Source: an uncultured Acidobacteriota bacterium (GTDB lineage: Bacteria > Acidobacteriota > Terriglobia > Terriglobales > Acidobacteriaceae). Taken from it: 64,000 bases of DNA. A program made the translations under genes and the position numbers. The stretch lies in the NCBI GenBank assembly GCA_963719655.1, contig CAVRDQ010000138.1:6417-70416 (forward strand). The letters run 5' to 3'. Under the pieces are notes generated by a model, which saw only the letters and a list, made by a program, of their open reading frames with translations, made no database searches and was not told the DNA's origin. Positions 36,788 to 46,021 of the stretch are shown one piece after another; the stretch's first letter is position 1, and the number at the start of each line of letters is the position of its first letter.

Positions 36788-37774
36788 CGTTCCATTGTAG
36801 ATGCTGAAGAGGCGTTAACGATGATCGTAGAGGGCGGGAAAGGTGAAACGCCGGTGAAACCCCGTGGCAATTCGCACGCCAGGAGAAGGTACAAGAAGGG
36901 CCGGCCCGCTTAGCCGTGTGTGGCGGAGGTTCTGTGAACCCGAATCACCAGGTGGGAGCCCGCCGAGGTCCTTTAGGCCGATCCGACTGGGGATCAGCAC
37001 ACCAGACCGTTATGTCGAGCAGAGCCCCCGATCGTTAATTATCGGTCCGCAGTGGTGTTCCGCCTCAGCACCAACGTTGCAGGTCGGCGCCTTCAGGTGA
37101 GGTAGATGCTACGAAACGCCGGGGCGGTGCGCAAGTCCCGGGCTGTGAATTCCCGCCGGCAGTAACCTTGGCGGGAAAAACCCGTGGGGCTTGGGCGATT
37201 CCGGCGCTGGACGGGGCGGCGATACCCCCTCCCCCGCTATATTTCCCGGTATAAATTTGAGAAAGAACGAGTTAGCGGTGCCCAATGTCTCCGGGGGTTG
37301 AAAACAAAACTTCAGAAGGCGAATGCCGCAAGGGCTGGTTGCCTGCCCCTACATCCAGAATAGCAATTTGCAGGGGGGTGTCCCCTCAGCGGATGAGCGG
37401 TTTATATCTCATGCGAAATCATTCGGTTGGGAGGATTCTCTGGAGAAACGGGGGTTGACAGGAATTCGAAGCCTGCAACTTTCGGGGCGAACTCGCGCCT
37501 TTTCGAGCTGTTCCTGGGTGCTGTGCGGGCAAAATCAGGGCAGTTTTGGGGAGTGTTTTCATGGGTTCTTGGCTGCCGGCAGCCCTGCGCCGCAGCGGAA
37601 TTTCGTGTGGCCCAGATCCGCATAGATTCCTGTATTCGGAATTTCGTTCGTGCGCTATGATTCGGTCCTCCGGGTTAGGCCGCCGTAAGTCTGTCCCTGC
37701 TTCGCTCATCTCCCAACCCGAAGGTGCCCCCAGCCGGTTTCGGGAGGCGATTTTCACTTGGAAGGGATCGTCAA

Positions 37775-38857
37775 ATGAAGTTTTCGCTAAAGAATCTTGC
37801 AGTCACCTTTGCTGTGCTGGCCGTTGTCGCTTCGCTCGCGGGTTGCGGAGGCTCCAGCAAAACCTGGCCGAGCGGGGATCGCTTGTTCTTTGCCTACCTG
37901 GCGGACAGCAGCTCCATTCCTACGGCAGCCACCACTCCCGCGGCGCACCCTGCTCTCTCTGCTCACGCCCGGCAGATGACCCAGCATGCCCACCACGCGG
38001 CCGGACCGCGCGCCAATTCAAGCGTGGACATCCAGACCGGCTCTCTTGACGTTTACGTATGGGACGTTGACGCCGCCACCTCGGTAAAACTGAACACCAC
38101 CAGCGCCGCCTATCAGTCCATTTTCCTTTCTGCCGATTACAAGACGGTGTACTTCACGGCATACGACAGCAATGGATACAGCCAGGTCTTCTCGGCCCCC
38201 GTCACCAACTTCAACTCTCCGACGCAGTTGACCACGGGCACCTCGGAAGATCACGACACGATTACCGTTTCGAAGGATGGAAGCCTGATCGTTACCGGTG
38301 TTACCACCGAAACAGGAGAAGAGATCGCCCTGATGCCGAGCAGCGGCGGCACGGAAACCCTCTTGCTGCCGAGCGGGCTGGAATACGCCTGGTATCCCAA
38401 CATAGCGTCGGATAACTCCACCATTGTCTTTGAAGGTCTGGTCACGGATGGGTACGCTGGAATTTATTCCGTGCAGAAGGATGGCAGCGGGCTGACGCGG
38501 CTTACCAACAATGGCAGCACGGGTACGGAAGGCGCCTATTGGGACTGGATTCCCTCCCTGTCGCCGGACGGCACGCAGTTCAGCTTCACGCGGGAAACTG
38601 AGGACGGCGGTGGGGAGAACATCTACGTGGTCAGCATCGCCGGAGAGACGAACACGATTCAGTCCCTGGCACTTACCACCGATGGAGACAGCCTGCAAAG
38701 CTTCCATCTCGGCGACTATGTGGCCTATACGAGCGATCGGAATACCATCAATGGAAGCCATAACTACCAACTCTTCCAGGTGACACCGGCCGGAACCGGC
38801 ACAACCCAGCTCACCACGGCCGACGAGGCGATCTGGTTCATGTTCTTCGGCGAGTAA
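37775..38857 (+). CDS. Lipoprotein with TolB-like (PD40/WD40-like) beta-propeller repeats
   Basis: ATG 37775 gives MKFSLKNLAVTFAVLAVVASLAGC (lipobox LAGC). PD40-like repeats follow (SPDGTQFSFTRE, SDNSTIVFEG, SKDGSLIV). Confidence 0.78.
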   Translation: MKFSLKNLAVTFAVLAVVASLAGCGGSSKTWPSGDRLFFAYLADSSSIPTAATTPAAHPALSAHARQMTQHAHHAAGPRANSSVDIQTGSLDVYVWDVDAATSVKLNTTSAAYQSIFLSADYKTVYFTAYDSNGYSQVFSAPVTNFNSPTQLTTGTSEDHDTITVSKDGSLIVTGVTTETGEEIALMPSSGGTETLLLPSGLEYAWYPNIASDNSTIVFEGLVTDGYAGIYSVQKDGSGLTRLTNNGSTGTEGAYWDWIPSLSPDGTQFSFTRETEDGGGENIYVVSIAGETNTIQSLALTTDGDSLQSFHLGDYVAYTSDRNTINGSHNYQLFQVTPAGTGTTQLTTADEAIWFMFFGE

Positions 38858-38862
38858 CTTCG

Positions 38863-38901
38863 GCGAATAACCCGGGCGGGCGAATAACCCGGGCGGGCGA
38901 A
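38863..38901. repeat. 17-bp perfect tandem duplication (about 2.3 units) between stop codon and terminator
   Basis: gcgaataacccgggcgg occurs at 38863-38879 and 38880-38896, followed by a partial unit gcgaa. Confidence 0.85.
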
Positions 38902-38909
38902 GTCAAACG

Positions 38910-38945
38910 AATGGGCGTCCTTTTACGGGGCGCCCATTTACTTTG
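38910..38945 (+). terminator. Rho-independent terminator after lipoprotein gene
   Basis: Stem aatgggcgtcc / ggggcgcccatt, loop ttttacg, followed by ttactttgg. Confidence 0.6.
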
Positions 38946-39015
38946 GCGCGCGGCCGGGCGGACGGAAAGATAGAATGGTCGAACGTTTTGGCGGAATGAC
39001 GGAGGGATGATAACG

Positions 39016-39522
39016 ATGACGACTACTCCTGATTCGACGATGACCAGCCAGTTTCTTGCCTACTCCCGCAGCAAGCTGATGGCACAGTGTTGGCCCCGGA
39101 TGCGGCAGTGCGTGGAATCGCTGACCCAGGAGCAGCTATGGTGGCGTCCGAATGAGGCCAGCAACAGCGTGGGCAATCTGCTGCTGCACCTGAACGGCAA
39201 CGTGCGGCAGTGGCTGGTCGGCTCGTTCCAGCAGCTGGAAGACACTCGGAACCGGCCCGTGGAGTTCAGCACGCAGGAGGGCGCGTCGGCGGCTGAACTG
39301 CTGGGAAAGCTGGGGCAAACCTTGGACGAGGCCTCGGAGGTTCTGAGCCGGCTGACCCAAGCCGAGCTGCTGCGGCGCTATACGATTCAGGGCTACGACG
39401 TGAGCGGATTAGAGGCCGTTTACAAGGTCGTGGAACACTTCATGCTGCACTATGGACAGATTCTGTACATCACCAAGATGCTGCGCAGTCAGGACTTGGG
39501 GTACTTCTCCGAATCGAAGTAG
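39016..39522 (+). CDS. DinB-superfamily (DUF1572-like) protein
   Basis: ATG 39016 has better spacing from ggaggg (39001-39006) than the track start at 39007. QLWWRPNEASNSVGNLLLHLNGNVRQWL and ...VEHFMLHYGQI.. form a DinB-like His triad context. Confidence 0.78.
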   Translation: MTTTPDSTMTSQFLAYSRSKLMAQCWPRMRQCVESLTQEQLWWRPNEASNSVGNLLLHLNGNVRQWLVGSFQQLEDTRNRPVEFSTQEGASAAELLGKLGQTLDEASEVLSRLTQAELLRRYTIQGYDVSGLEAVYKVVEHFMLHYGQILYITKMLRSQDLGYFSESK

Positions 39523-39549
39523 AAGGTGTAGAGCAACGCAATACAGAGT

Positions 39550-39978
39550 CTAATTTGCCAGGGACTTGCGCTCTGCAACCCAGCTTTGGATGCGGGCGGC
39601 AATCTCGTCCCGCACCTTGCGGAAGAGGGCGATTCTCTCCTCGGGCGTACCTGTGGCTTCTGCCGGGTCCTGAAAGGGCCAATGCATGCGCACGGCAGGC
39701 CCTGGGAAGATGGGGCAATTCTTCGCTGCGTTATCGCAGACGGTGATGATGACCGGAAAGTGCTGGCCGAGGTATTCCGTCACGTTCTTGGAGCGCTGAT
39801 GAGAGATGTCCACGCCGGCCTCGCGCATTACCTCGATGGCCAAGGGGTTGACCGCGGATGGTGTGGTGCCGGCGCTGTGCGCCTCATAGGCATCTCCTCC
39901 GTAGGCGCGCAGAAAGCCCTCGGCCATCTGGCTGCGGCAGGAGTTTCCGGTACAGAGAATCAGAATTCTAGTCTTCAT
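39550..39978 (-). CDS. arsC: Arsenate reductase, LMW-PTPase (thioredoxin-coupled) type
   Basis: 142 aa. [17 protein letters not shown] is the P-loop CX5R, with downstream Cys residues in [13 protein letters not shown]. Confidence 0.9.
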   Translation of the reverse strand: MKTRILILCTGNSCRSQMAEGFLRAYGGDAYEAHSAGTTPSAVNPLAIEVMREAGVDISHQRSKNVTEYLGQHFPVIITVCDNAAKNCPIFPGPAVRMHWPFQDPAEATGTPEERIALFRKVRDEIAARIQSWVAERKSLAN

Positions 39979-41066
39979 TGTTCACCTCCGATGGTGGATG
40001 AGCAGCAGGGCTGCACCTGAAAGGGCGGAGCCTGGGGAAAGTATTTTCGCTGGAAGTAGAAGGCCACGTTGACCAGGGCAATCATCACGGGAACCTCCAC
40101 CAGTGGGCCGATGACGGCGGCAAAGGCCGCGCCGGAGTTGATTCCGAAGACGGCGACGGCGACGGCAATGGCGAGCTCGAAGTTGTTGGAGGCAGCCGTG
40201 AACGACAAGGTCGCGGTTTTGGCGTAGCTGGCTCCTAGCCGCTTGCCCATGTAAAACGAGATGACAAACATCACGACAAAGTAGATGAACAGTGGAATGG
40301 CGATACGCAGCGCGTCCAGGGGGAGGCGCACGATGTAGGCACCCTTGAGCGAAAACATCACGACGATGGTGAAGAGCAAGGCGATCAACGTCAGTGGGCT
40401 GATGCGCGGCAGAAACTGGTGCTCATACCACGTGCGGCCCTTCGCGCGGAGCAAGACCACGCGGGTGAGGAATCCGGCGAGGCACGGGATGCCCAGGTAG
40501 ATGAAGACGCTCTTGGCGATCTCCGCGATGGAGACATGCACGGTCATGCCGCGAAGTCCGAGCAACGGCGGCAGCACAGTGATGAACACCCAGGCGTAGA
40601 GCGAGTAGAAGAGCACCTGGAAGATCGAGTTGAAGGCGACCAGTCCCGCGGCATACTGCGTGTCGCCGTGGGCCAGCTCGTTCCACACAATCACCATGGC
40701 AATGCAGCGGGCCAGGCCGATCATGATGAGTCCGGCCATGTATTCCGGATAGCCATGCAGAAAAACGATGGCCAAGACGAACATGAGGATGGGACCGATG
40801 ACCCAGTTCTGCACGAGCGACAGGGCCAACACGCGTTTATCGCGGAAGACCTCGTGCAATTCCTCATAGCGAACCCGCGTGAAGGGTGGATACATCATGA
40901 GGATGAGTCCCACGGCGAGCGGAACCGAAGTGGTGCCGACGCTGAAGCGGTCCAGCAAGGGCACAATGCCGGGAAAAGCCCATCCGGCGCCAACGCCCAG
41001 CAGCATGGCGGCAAAGATCCATCCGGTCAGGTAGCGGTCGAGAAAGCTAAGGCGGCTATTGCTCAT
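39975..41066 (-). CDS. acr3: Arsenite efflux permease, ACR3 family
   Basis: 363 aa, about 10 [22 protein letters not shown]...[17 protein letters not shown] is typical ACR3. Has 4-nt overlaps with arsR and arsC. Confidence 0.92.
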   Translation of the reverse strand: MSNSRLSFLDRYLTGWIFAAMLLGVGAGWAFPGIVPLLDRFSVGTTSVPLAVGLILMMYPPFTRVRYEELHEVFRDKRVLALSLVQNWVIGPILMFVLAIVFLHGYPEYMAGLIMIGLARCIAMVIVWNELAHGDTQYAAGLVAFNSIFQVLFYSLYAWVFITVLPPLLGLRGMTVHVSIAEIAKSVFIYLGIPCLAGFLTRVVLLRAKGRTWYEHQFLPRISPLTLIALLFTIVVMFSLKGAYIVRLPLDALRIAIPLFIYFVVMFVISFYMGKRLGASYAKTATLSFTAASNNFELAIAVAVAVFGINSGAAFAAVIGPLVEVPVMIALVNVAFYFQRKYFPQAPPFQVQPCCSSTIGGEQ

Positions 41067-41497
41067 GGACGGCTCACTTTTTTATTGCGCTTGGCAGGCG
41101 AGGGGCCGCAGATGGCAGTGGGCCGGGGAGCACCCTGAAGGTTGACGAACGCCCTCGTCGAGCAGCAGGCGCGAGTGAGTTGGGCGCGCTCGCGGCGCAT
41201 AGCTGCGTCGGTGGCCAGCCCGTTGAGCACGACCGAGAGCAACTGGGCGGCAAAGGGGTTTGCCTGCGAAGCGAGGCGATAGTGCATCCACTTTCCCTCG
41301 CGGCGGGCGCTGACCAGCCCGCAGCGTCGCAGATAGGCGAGATGGCGGGAGATGACCGGCTGCGAAAGGCCGAGAATCTCCACAAAGTAGCAGACGCAGA
41401 CCTCCTGGTCGGCCATCAGGTTCAACAGGCGCAGGCGGGTGCGGTCCGCAAGGCCCTGAAAAAGTTGTTCGATGGGAAGTGCCGTTTGACCAGCCAT
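41063..41497 (-). CDS. arsR: ArsR/SmtB-family metalloregulator
   Basis: 144 aa. [47 protein letters not shown] is an HTH with a CVC motif. The C-terminal tail carries CC and a further Cys. Confidence 0.88.
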   Translation of the reverse strand: MAGQTALPIEQLFQGLADRTRLRLLNLMADQEVCVCYFVEILGLSQPVISRHLAYLRRCGLVSARREGKWMHYRLASQANPFAAQLLSVVLNGLATDAAMRRERAQLTRACCSTRAFVNLQGAPRPTAICGPSPAKRNKKVSRP

Positions 41498-41504
41498 GCG
41501 AGAA

Positions 41505-41538
41505 GCTTAACACATATGCGTAAGCATATGTGTTAAGC
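41505..41538. promoter_or_regulatory. Perfect 15-bp inverted repeat (4-nt spacer) just upstream of arsR: candidate ArsR operator
   Basis: gcttaacacatatgc-gtaa-gcatatgtgttaagc lies 8-41 nt upstream of the arsR ATG (41497, minus strand). Confidence 0.6.
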
Positions 41539-41580
41539 GAAGAAAAATGCCGGGTGAAGAAGAGTGTGCGTACGTCGCGT

Positions 41581-42375
41581 TCAGGCCGTTACGCTGGCCG
41601 GGATGTTGAAAATTCTGGCGGCGTTATCGAACAAGTAAGCTCGGCGGGCGGCGGGGCTGAGTGGCACCATCTGTGCCGCGGGGACGGCCGCTCCCCACTC
41701 CTGCGGATGCGAGCGGAAGGCCGTGCGCTCGCGCCCCTGCAGTTCGGCGAATTCGCAGAGCACAAGGTCGTTCTCCAGGTCGCGCGGGTTCAGCAGCACC
41801 AGCAGTTGGTGGAAGCGCTCCATGAGGCGCAGGATGGTGGCGCCCTCGGTGCCGGGCGGCGGCGCCAGCACGATTTGCAGATTGGGAAAGTCGGCGGCGA
41901 CGACCTCGACCTGGGGACGGTGGCGGAGCCAGCGCTCCTGGCTGTTGAAATCAATCACGATTGGGATGCGGAGCTTGTCGCAGGTGCCGTAGAGGGGATA
42001 CATGCGGGGCGCGTTAAGTCCGCTGACGCAGCATTCGGCCTGGGCATAGGCGCCGGAGAGGCTGCGGTCGGCGATGGCGTCGTCAATCCAGCGCAGGCTT
42101 TCAGCCATGCGAAGAGGATCGTAACTGGAAAGTCCAAACAGTTGACGCGGATTCGCTTTGACCACCTGGCGGACCTCTTCGGTACGCTGGTCGGCACAGT
42201 TCCACTGGTGCGGGCATTGATGGCAGTTGCAGGGGGCTACGATGGCGGCGGCCACGCCATGGGCGCTCATCGCCGGTGCGAGATCCTGGGTAAAGGCCTG
42301 GCAGCGGCCGGGTTGGAAGCTGCCCACGTTCTTAGGAATGCAGTACAGCGCGTCAATGACATTCGGCACGGCCAC
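41581..42375 (-). CDS. Amidohydrolase-2-like (TIM-barrel metal-dependent hydrolase) protein
   Basis: 264 aa. The overall pattern (…IPIVIDFN…, C-terminal …YLFDNAARIFNI) resembles Amidohydro_2 members. The substrate is unknown. Confidence 0.65.
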   Translation of the reverse strand: MAVPNVIDALYCIPKNVGSFQPGRCQAFTQDLAPAMSAHGVAAAIVAPCNCHQCPHQWNCADQRTEEVRQVVKANPRQLFGLSSYDPLRMAESLRWIDDAIADRSLSGAYAQAECCVSGLNAPRMYPLYGTCDKLRIPIVIDFNSQERWLRHRPQVEVVAADFPNLQIVLAPPPGTEGATILRLMERFHQLLVLLNPRDLENDLVLCEFAELQGRERTAFRSHPQEWGAAVPAAQMVPLSPAARRAYLFDNAARIFNIPASVTA

Positions 42376-42482
42376 GACACACCTCGATCAATCAGAAAAC
42401 GCTTCAGCGTAGCCCGGGCCGCGGGGTCGCGCTGTGACCGCGGTCACCGGGCAGCTTGCTCTGGCTACGAGTGAATTGTGCC

Positions 42483-42520
42483 GAAAGAACGCAAGCCCAT
42501 TACCGGAAAGGCAATGGGCC
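42483..42520 (-). terminator. Rho-independent terminator after apt
   Basis: On the minus strand: ggcccattgcc-tttcc-ggtaatgggc (one mismatch) followed by ttgcgttctttcgg. Confidence 0.55.
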
Positions 42521-42544
42521 TGAGGACGAAAAATGCTGACAGGG

Positions 42545-43117
42545 TTACTTGTCGTAGTGCAGGAGGGAAAAGATGTCATAAGGCGCAAGGCGCTTGCGTC
42601 CGTTGAGGAAGTCGAGTTCGACGACGAAGCTCATGCCGCAGATGTTGGCGCCCAGCTTGTTGGCCAGCTTGGCGGCCGCTTCGGCCGTGCCTCCGGTGGC
42701 GAGCAGGTCGTCCACGATGAGAACGCGCTGGCCGGGCTGGATGGCATCCTTGTGAATCTCCAGGGTGTCGGTGCCGTACTCGAGCTCGTAGGTGTAGCTG
42801 ACGGTCTCTCCGGGCAGCTTCTTGGGCTTGCGCACGGGGATGAATCCGGCGTTCAGGCGATAGGCCATGGCGGGTCCAAAGATGAAGCCGCGTGCCTCCA
42901 TGCCGAGCACGAGATCAATGTTCAGGCCCAGGTAGGGCGAGGTCATGAAGTCCACGACACGGGCAAAGCCGACGCGATCCTTGATGAGGGTGGTGATGTC
43001 GTAAAAGAGAATGCCCGGCTTGGGATAGTCGGGAATTTCACGAATGAGCTGCTTGAGGTCTTCGGCAACGACGATCTTCCGGGTGTCAGGCGTTTGAGTT
43101 TCAGACAAAGGAGTCAC
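42545..43117 (-). CDS. apt: Adenine phosphoribosyltransferase
   Basis: 190 aa. [17 protein letters not shown] and the PRPP motif [14 protein letters not shown]. Confidence 0.92.
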   Translation of the reverse strand: MTPLSETQTPDTRKIVVAEDLKQLIREIPDYPKPGILFYDITTLIKDRVGFARVVDFMTSPYLGLNIDLVLGMEARGFIFGPAMAYRLNAGFIPVRKPKKLPGETVSYTYELEYGTDTLEIHKDAIQPGQRVLIVDDLLATGGTAEAAAKLANKLGANICGMSFVVELDFLNGRKRLAPYDIFSLLHYDK

Positions 43118-43404
43118 CGTGTTTCTTCAATTTGGAATGTCTTGTATCCGGTAAAGGGAGCAGCTTCTTCCACCTCGACGCGATCCACGCGGGCGGCGCG
43201 GGGGCCTTCGGCCAGGCGGTCGTAGAGTGCGCTGTGCTGCTGGTGTGTGCCCATGACGAGGACCTCGACCGAGCCGTCATCGCAGTTGCGCACCCAGCCG
43301 CCGACGGCGAGCAGTTGCGCCTCGCGCTCCACAAACCAGCGGAAGCCGACGCCCTGCACGCGGCCCTTGACGACGTAACGGCGATAAGCGGTCAACTGCG
43401 TCAT
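43114..43404 (-). CDS. acyP: Acylphosphatase
   Basis: 96 aa. [14 protein letters not shown]...[13 protein letters not shown] are the signature motifs. Has an ATGA overlap with apt. Confidence 0.88.
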   Translation of the reverse strand: MTQLTAYRRYVVKGRVQGVGFRWFVEREAQLLAVGGWVRNCDDGSVEVLVMGTHQQHSALYDRLAEGPRAARVDRVEVEEAAPFTGYKTFQIEETR

Positions 43405-43464
43405 GTGGAGAAAGCTCCGAAAGGGCCGCGGGCGGCGCGGATGCAGTCCGCCCGGGCCGGCTGG

Positions 43465-44025
43465 TTATGCGCGCGAGAGGTAAACGCCCTCGGCGGTATC
43501 CACCTTGATCTTTTCGCCTTCGTTGACGAAGGGCGGCACCTGCACGATGAGTCCGGTTTCCGTCTTGGCCGGCTTGGTGACCGAGCTGGCGGTGGCCGAC
43601 TTGAGGCCGGGTTCGACCTCGACGATCATGAGCTCGACGGTCTGGGGAAGGTCAATGCCGACGGCCTTGCCGTCATAGAACTCGACGGTGACGTGAAGGT
43701 TGGGCGTCAGGTAGTCAACGCTGTCGCCAAGGACGTCGTGGTTCAGGGCCGTCTGCTCGTAGTTGTTCAGGTCCATGAAGTAATAGGTATCGCCGTCGTT
43801 GTAGAGATACTCCATCTTGATTTCGTCCACGACGATCTTGTCAATGGCGTCGCCGGAGCGGAAGCGATGTTCAAACATGGCTCCGGTGCGGATGTTGCGC
43901 AGCTTGGCTTGGATGAAGGCGCGCAGATTGCCGGGGGTGCGATGCTCCACGGTAAAGACCGAGTGCAGCTCGTTGTTGTGCTTGATGATCATGCCGGGAC
44001 GCATTTGGGTGGCATTGATTGCCAT
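43465..44025 (-). CDS. efp: Translation elongation factor P
   Basis: 186 aa, collinear with E. coli EF-P as recalled (…YLYNDGDTYYFMD…, …VEPGLKSATASSVTKPA…VQVPPFVNEGEKIKVDT..G.Y.SRA). Confidence 0.95.
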   Translation of the reverse strand: MAINATQMRPGMIIKHNNELHSVFTVEHRTPGNLRAFIQAKLRNIRTGAMFEHRFRSGDAIDKIVVDEIKMEYLYNDGDTYYFMDLNNYEQTALNHDVLGDSVDYLTPNLHVTVEFYDGKAVGIDLPQTVELMIVEVEPGLKSATASSVTKPAKTETGLIVQVPPFVNEGEKIKVDTAEGVYLSRA

Positions 44026-44209
44026 GGCGGATGATGCTCCAATCTTTCAACTTTTTCGAAAATTTCGCGGCCGCGGGCGGTCAAACCGGCCCGGCAGGCG
44101 GGTCAGGCCCCGGAGGGAGAACTCCACTGGGGCGAACCCTTTCATTTTACCTTGGGGCGGCCGGAGATGGGAACCCGGAAGGGTTCGCAAGGGGGGCGTG
44201 GCGGCCAGG

Positions 44210-44250
44210 AAAGCCTCCGAAAGCCCGGCAAAAAAGCCTCCGAACGCCCG
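44210..44250. repeat. 18-nt direct repeat in efp / secreted-protein divergent spacer
   Basis: aagcctccgaaagcccgg (44210-44227) and aagcctccgaacgcccgg (44233-44250) are separated by caaaa. Confidence 0.7.
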
Positions 44251-44302
44251 GTGGACGCCCGCCGGGCGGCATGCTAGCATTGCGCCCCGCGGAGGGAAGA
44301 CC

Positions 44303-44734
44303 ATGCGGAAAGCACTCCTACTTGCAGTGACCTGCGCGCTGTTTGCGCTGCCATTATCATCCGTGGCCGGCGAGCGTTTTGACGGCAAATGGCTTACCAA
44401 AATGAGCTGCCCGGCCAAGGGCAACACCCAGGGTTACACCTGGACGTTCGTCAGCACCATCCAGGCCGGCACCCTGCACGGCGAGCGCGGCACGGCCGGC
44501 GAGGGCGGCTACTTTACCCTGGACGGAAAGATCAAGGACGACGGCACCGCCAAGCTGGACGCCAACGGCGTGGTGGCCAGCCGTGAATACGCTCGCGGAG
44601 TGTTTACCTCCAAGGGCTCGGATTACGGCTACAAGGTGAAGGCCACGTTTACTGAGACGACAGGCACAGGCACGCGCGACGTGGGAATGAGCATTGTGGG
44701 CCGCCCCTGCACCTTTGAGTTCACCAAGCAGTAG
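44303..44734 (+). CDS. Secreted hypothetical protein
   Basis: ATG 44303 follows ggaggg and gives the signal peptide MRKALLLAVTCALFALPLSSVAG. The track ORF from 43817 overlaps efp antisense. Confidence 0.6.
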   Translation: MRKALLLAVTCALFALPLSSVAGERFDGKWLTKMSCPAKGNTQGYTWTFVSTIQAGTLHGERGTAGEGGYFTLDGKIKDDGTAKLDANGVVASREYARGVFTSKGSDYGYKVKATFTETTGTGTRDVGMSIVGRPCTFEFTKQ

Positions 44735-44851
44735 CTGTCGGAATATACCCGGGAAAATTTGCTGGCTGAAATGGCAAGCGGAGGCCGTGGGCCTCCGCTG
44801 TGGGTAGGGTGTGCGCTGTAGGTTGAGAATGGGCGCGAGTTTTCTTGGCGC

Positions 44852-45286
44852 TTACTTTCTTCCGCTGGAGCCGAAGCCGCCATCGGCGCGGCTACTGTCG
44901 CTGAGTTCGGCGACCACCTCGACGGGAGTGGTGAGCACGGGGTAGGGGATGAGGTTGACCAGCTTATCGCCCTGGTGAATCTCCTGCGGCTGGTCTCCGA
45001 GGTTTTCCATCAGCACGCGGATTTCGCCGCGATAGCCGGAGTCAATGACGCCTCCGGTGCAGGTGAGGCGGCGGGCGGCCATGCTGCTTTTGTCGCGCAA
45101 CAGGGCTCCCAGGGGATGGCCGTCGGCGGTGGTCAGCTCGATGGCCACTCCGGTGCTGACCACGGCGTTGCCGCGCGCGGCGATGGTGACCGGCGCGCTG
45201 GCAAAGAGGTCGTAGCCCAGGTCCTCTCCGGGATGAGCGATGGTGGGAGCCTTGGCCGTGGGGGTGAGAAGTTTTACTTTCAGCAT
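44852..45286 (-). CDS. dut: dUTP diphosphatase
   Basis: 144 aa with the five dUTPase motifs, including GEDLGYDL, GVIDSGYRGEI and the C-terminal ..RADGGFGSSG. Confidence 0.92.
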   Translation of the reverse strand: MLKVKLLTPTAKAPTIAHPGEDLGYDLFASAPVTIAARGNAVVSTGVAIELTTADGHPLGALLRDKSSMAARRLTCTGGVIDSGYRGEIRVLMENLGDQPQEIHQGDKLVNLIPYPVLTTPVEVVAELSDSSRADGGFGSSGRK

Positions 45287-45392
45287 GAGGAAAAGTGTAG
45301 CAGGAGGGGTGCGTACCTTCAGAGTTGAAAAAAGTCAGACACGAAGCAATGGCGGGCTTGTGTTGTGAAATAAATCGCGCTAAGTTCACCGC

Positions 45393-45794
45393 ATGAAACG
45401 AACGGCTGCTGCTGTGTTCATCTTAGTGATGTTAGCCATGCCAGGCGTAGATGGCAGTGCGGCAGGCAAGAGACGCATCCCCTGCAAGACTCCCGAGAAT
45501 GCTTCAACTTGTTATCGGACCCATGGGCGGCTCTCAATTAATAACGGTACACCGTCCTTTCGACTATGGAAGATAGGGACACATCGGATTCTTGCGGTAT
45601 ACAGTGGTCCCTCGGTTGATCGCGATTCTGACAACGAAAATCCTGAGCTGCCCGTATCAGTTGCACGGGTTATGACGCTGGGCACATGGGTCTATGCGGA
45701 CTTTGAGGTATGCCCATTGGAAGAAGAAAAACCAAGAGTAATGCAAGCAATTTGCATTGAATCCGCACAGCACATTTTCGCGGATAAACCCTGA
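45393..45794 (+). CDS. Secreted hypothetical protein, visibly lower G+C than neighbours
   Basis: 133 aa with the signal peptide MKRTAAAVFILVMLAMPGVDG and several Cys. No recognised family. Confidence 0.55.
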   Translation: MKRTAAAVFILVMLAMPGVDGSAAGKRRIPCKTPENASTCYRTHGRLSINNGTPSFRLWKIGTHRILAVYSGPSVDRDSDNENPELPVSVARVMTLGTWVYADFEVCPLEEEKPRVMQAICIESAQHIFADKP

Positions 45795-45814
45795 ACCCTT
45801 ACGATCAAAGGGTT

Positions 45815-45938
45815 ATGTCTTCCTTCAAACCTGTTGACGAGCAACTGGCCTACCTGCCGCAAAGGGTCGGTCGAGATTATTCGCGAGAGCGATCTGCGTG
45901 AGCGCCTGGAAAAGTCGCTGAAGAGCGGGCGCGCCTGC
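45815..45938 (+). pseudogene. Frameshifted duplicate of the first ~40 codons of tyrS
   Basis: atgtcttccttcaaacctgttgacgagcaactggcctacctg... parallels the tyrS start (47772...). It includes a 38-nt identical run (45885-45922 = 47841-47878). Indels break the frame after ...QLAYL, and a stop follows after 28 codons. Confidence 0.8.
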
Positions 45939-45954
45939 TGCGCTCAGGATGACA
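45937..45954 (-). repeat. Inverted copy of 'tgtcatcctgagcg' repeat core
   Basis: gctgcgctcaggatgaca is the reverse complement of tgtcatcctgagcgcagc. Confidence 0.7.
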
Positions 45955-46021
45955 ACTGAAAACAAGATCAAGAACAACCAACCCACTCATGCCAACCGAA
46001 GGCTTGGATGAGGAACCCAAC

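Noticed and set aside
36788-37774. Attempted assignment of the long spacer to RNase P RNA, tmRNA, SRP RNA, 6S RNA, or a cobalamin or c-di-AMP riboswitch.
   Set aside because: The universally conserved RNase P block GGAAAGUCCGGGC with a matching ACAGAACCCGGCUUA partner is absent. No tRNA-like end with T-arm and CCA was found, nor the SRP GGAA/AGCA domain IV core. Only fragmentary resemblances exist (gcaagtcccgggct, ggtgaaac..., cggctaagcggg on the minus strand), and they are in the wrong order or context. The region is kept only as an unassigned structured region.
43817-44302. N-terminal 162-aa extension of the secreted protein ORF. Similar extensions occur at 8533-8694, 13297-13410, 51240-51365, 53796-53915, 57271-57393 and 60656-60691.
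   Set aside because: The extensions overlap neighbouring genes or lack coding character. Internal starts give canonical signal peptides, conserved N-termini, and better RBS spacing.
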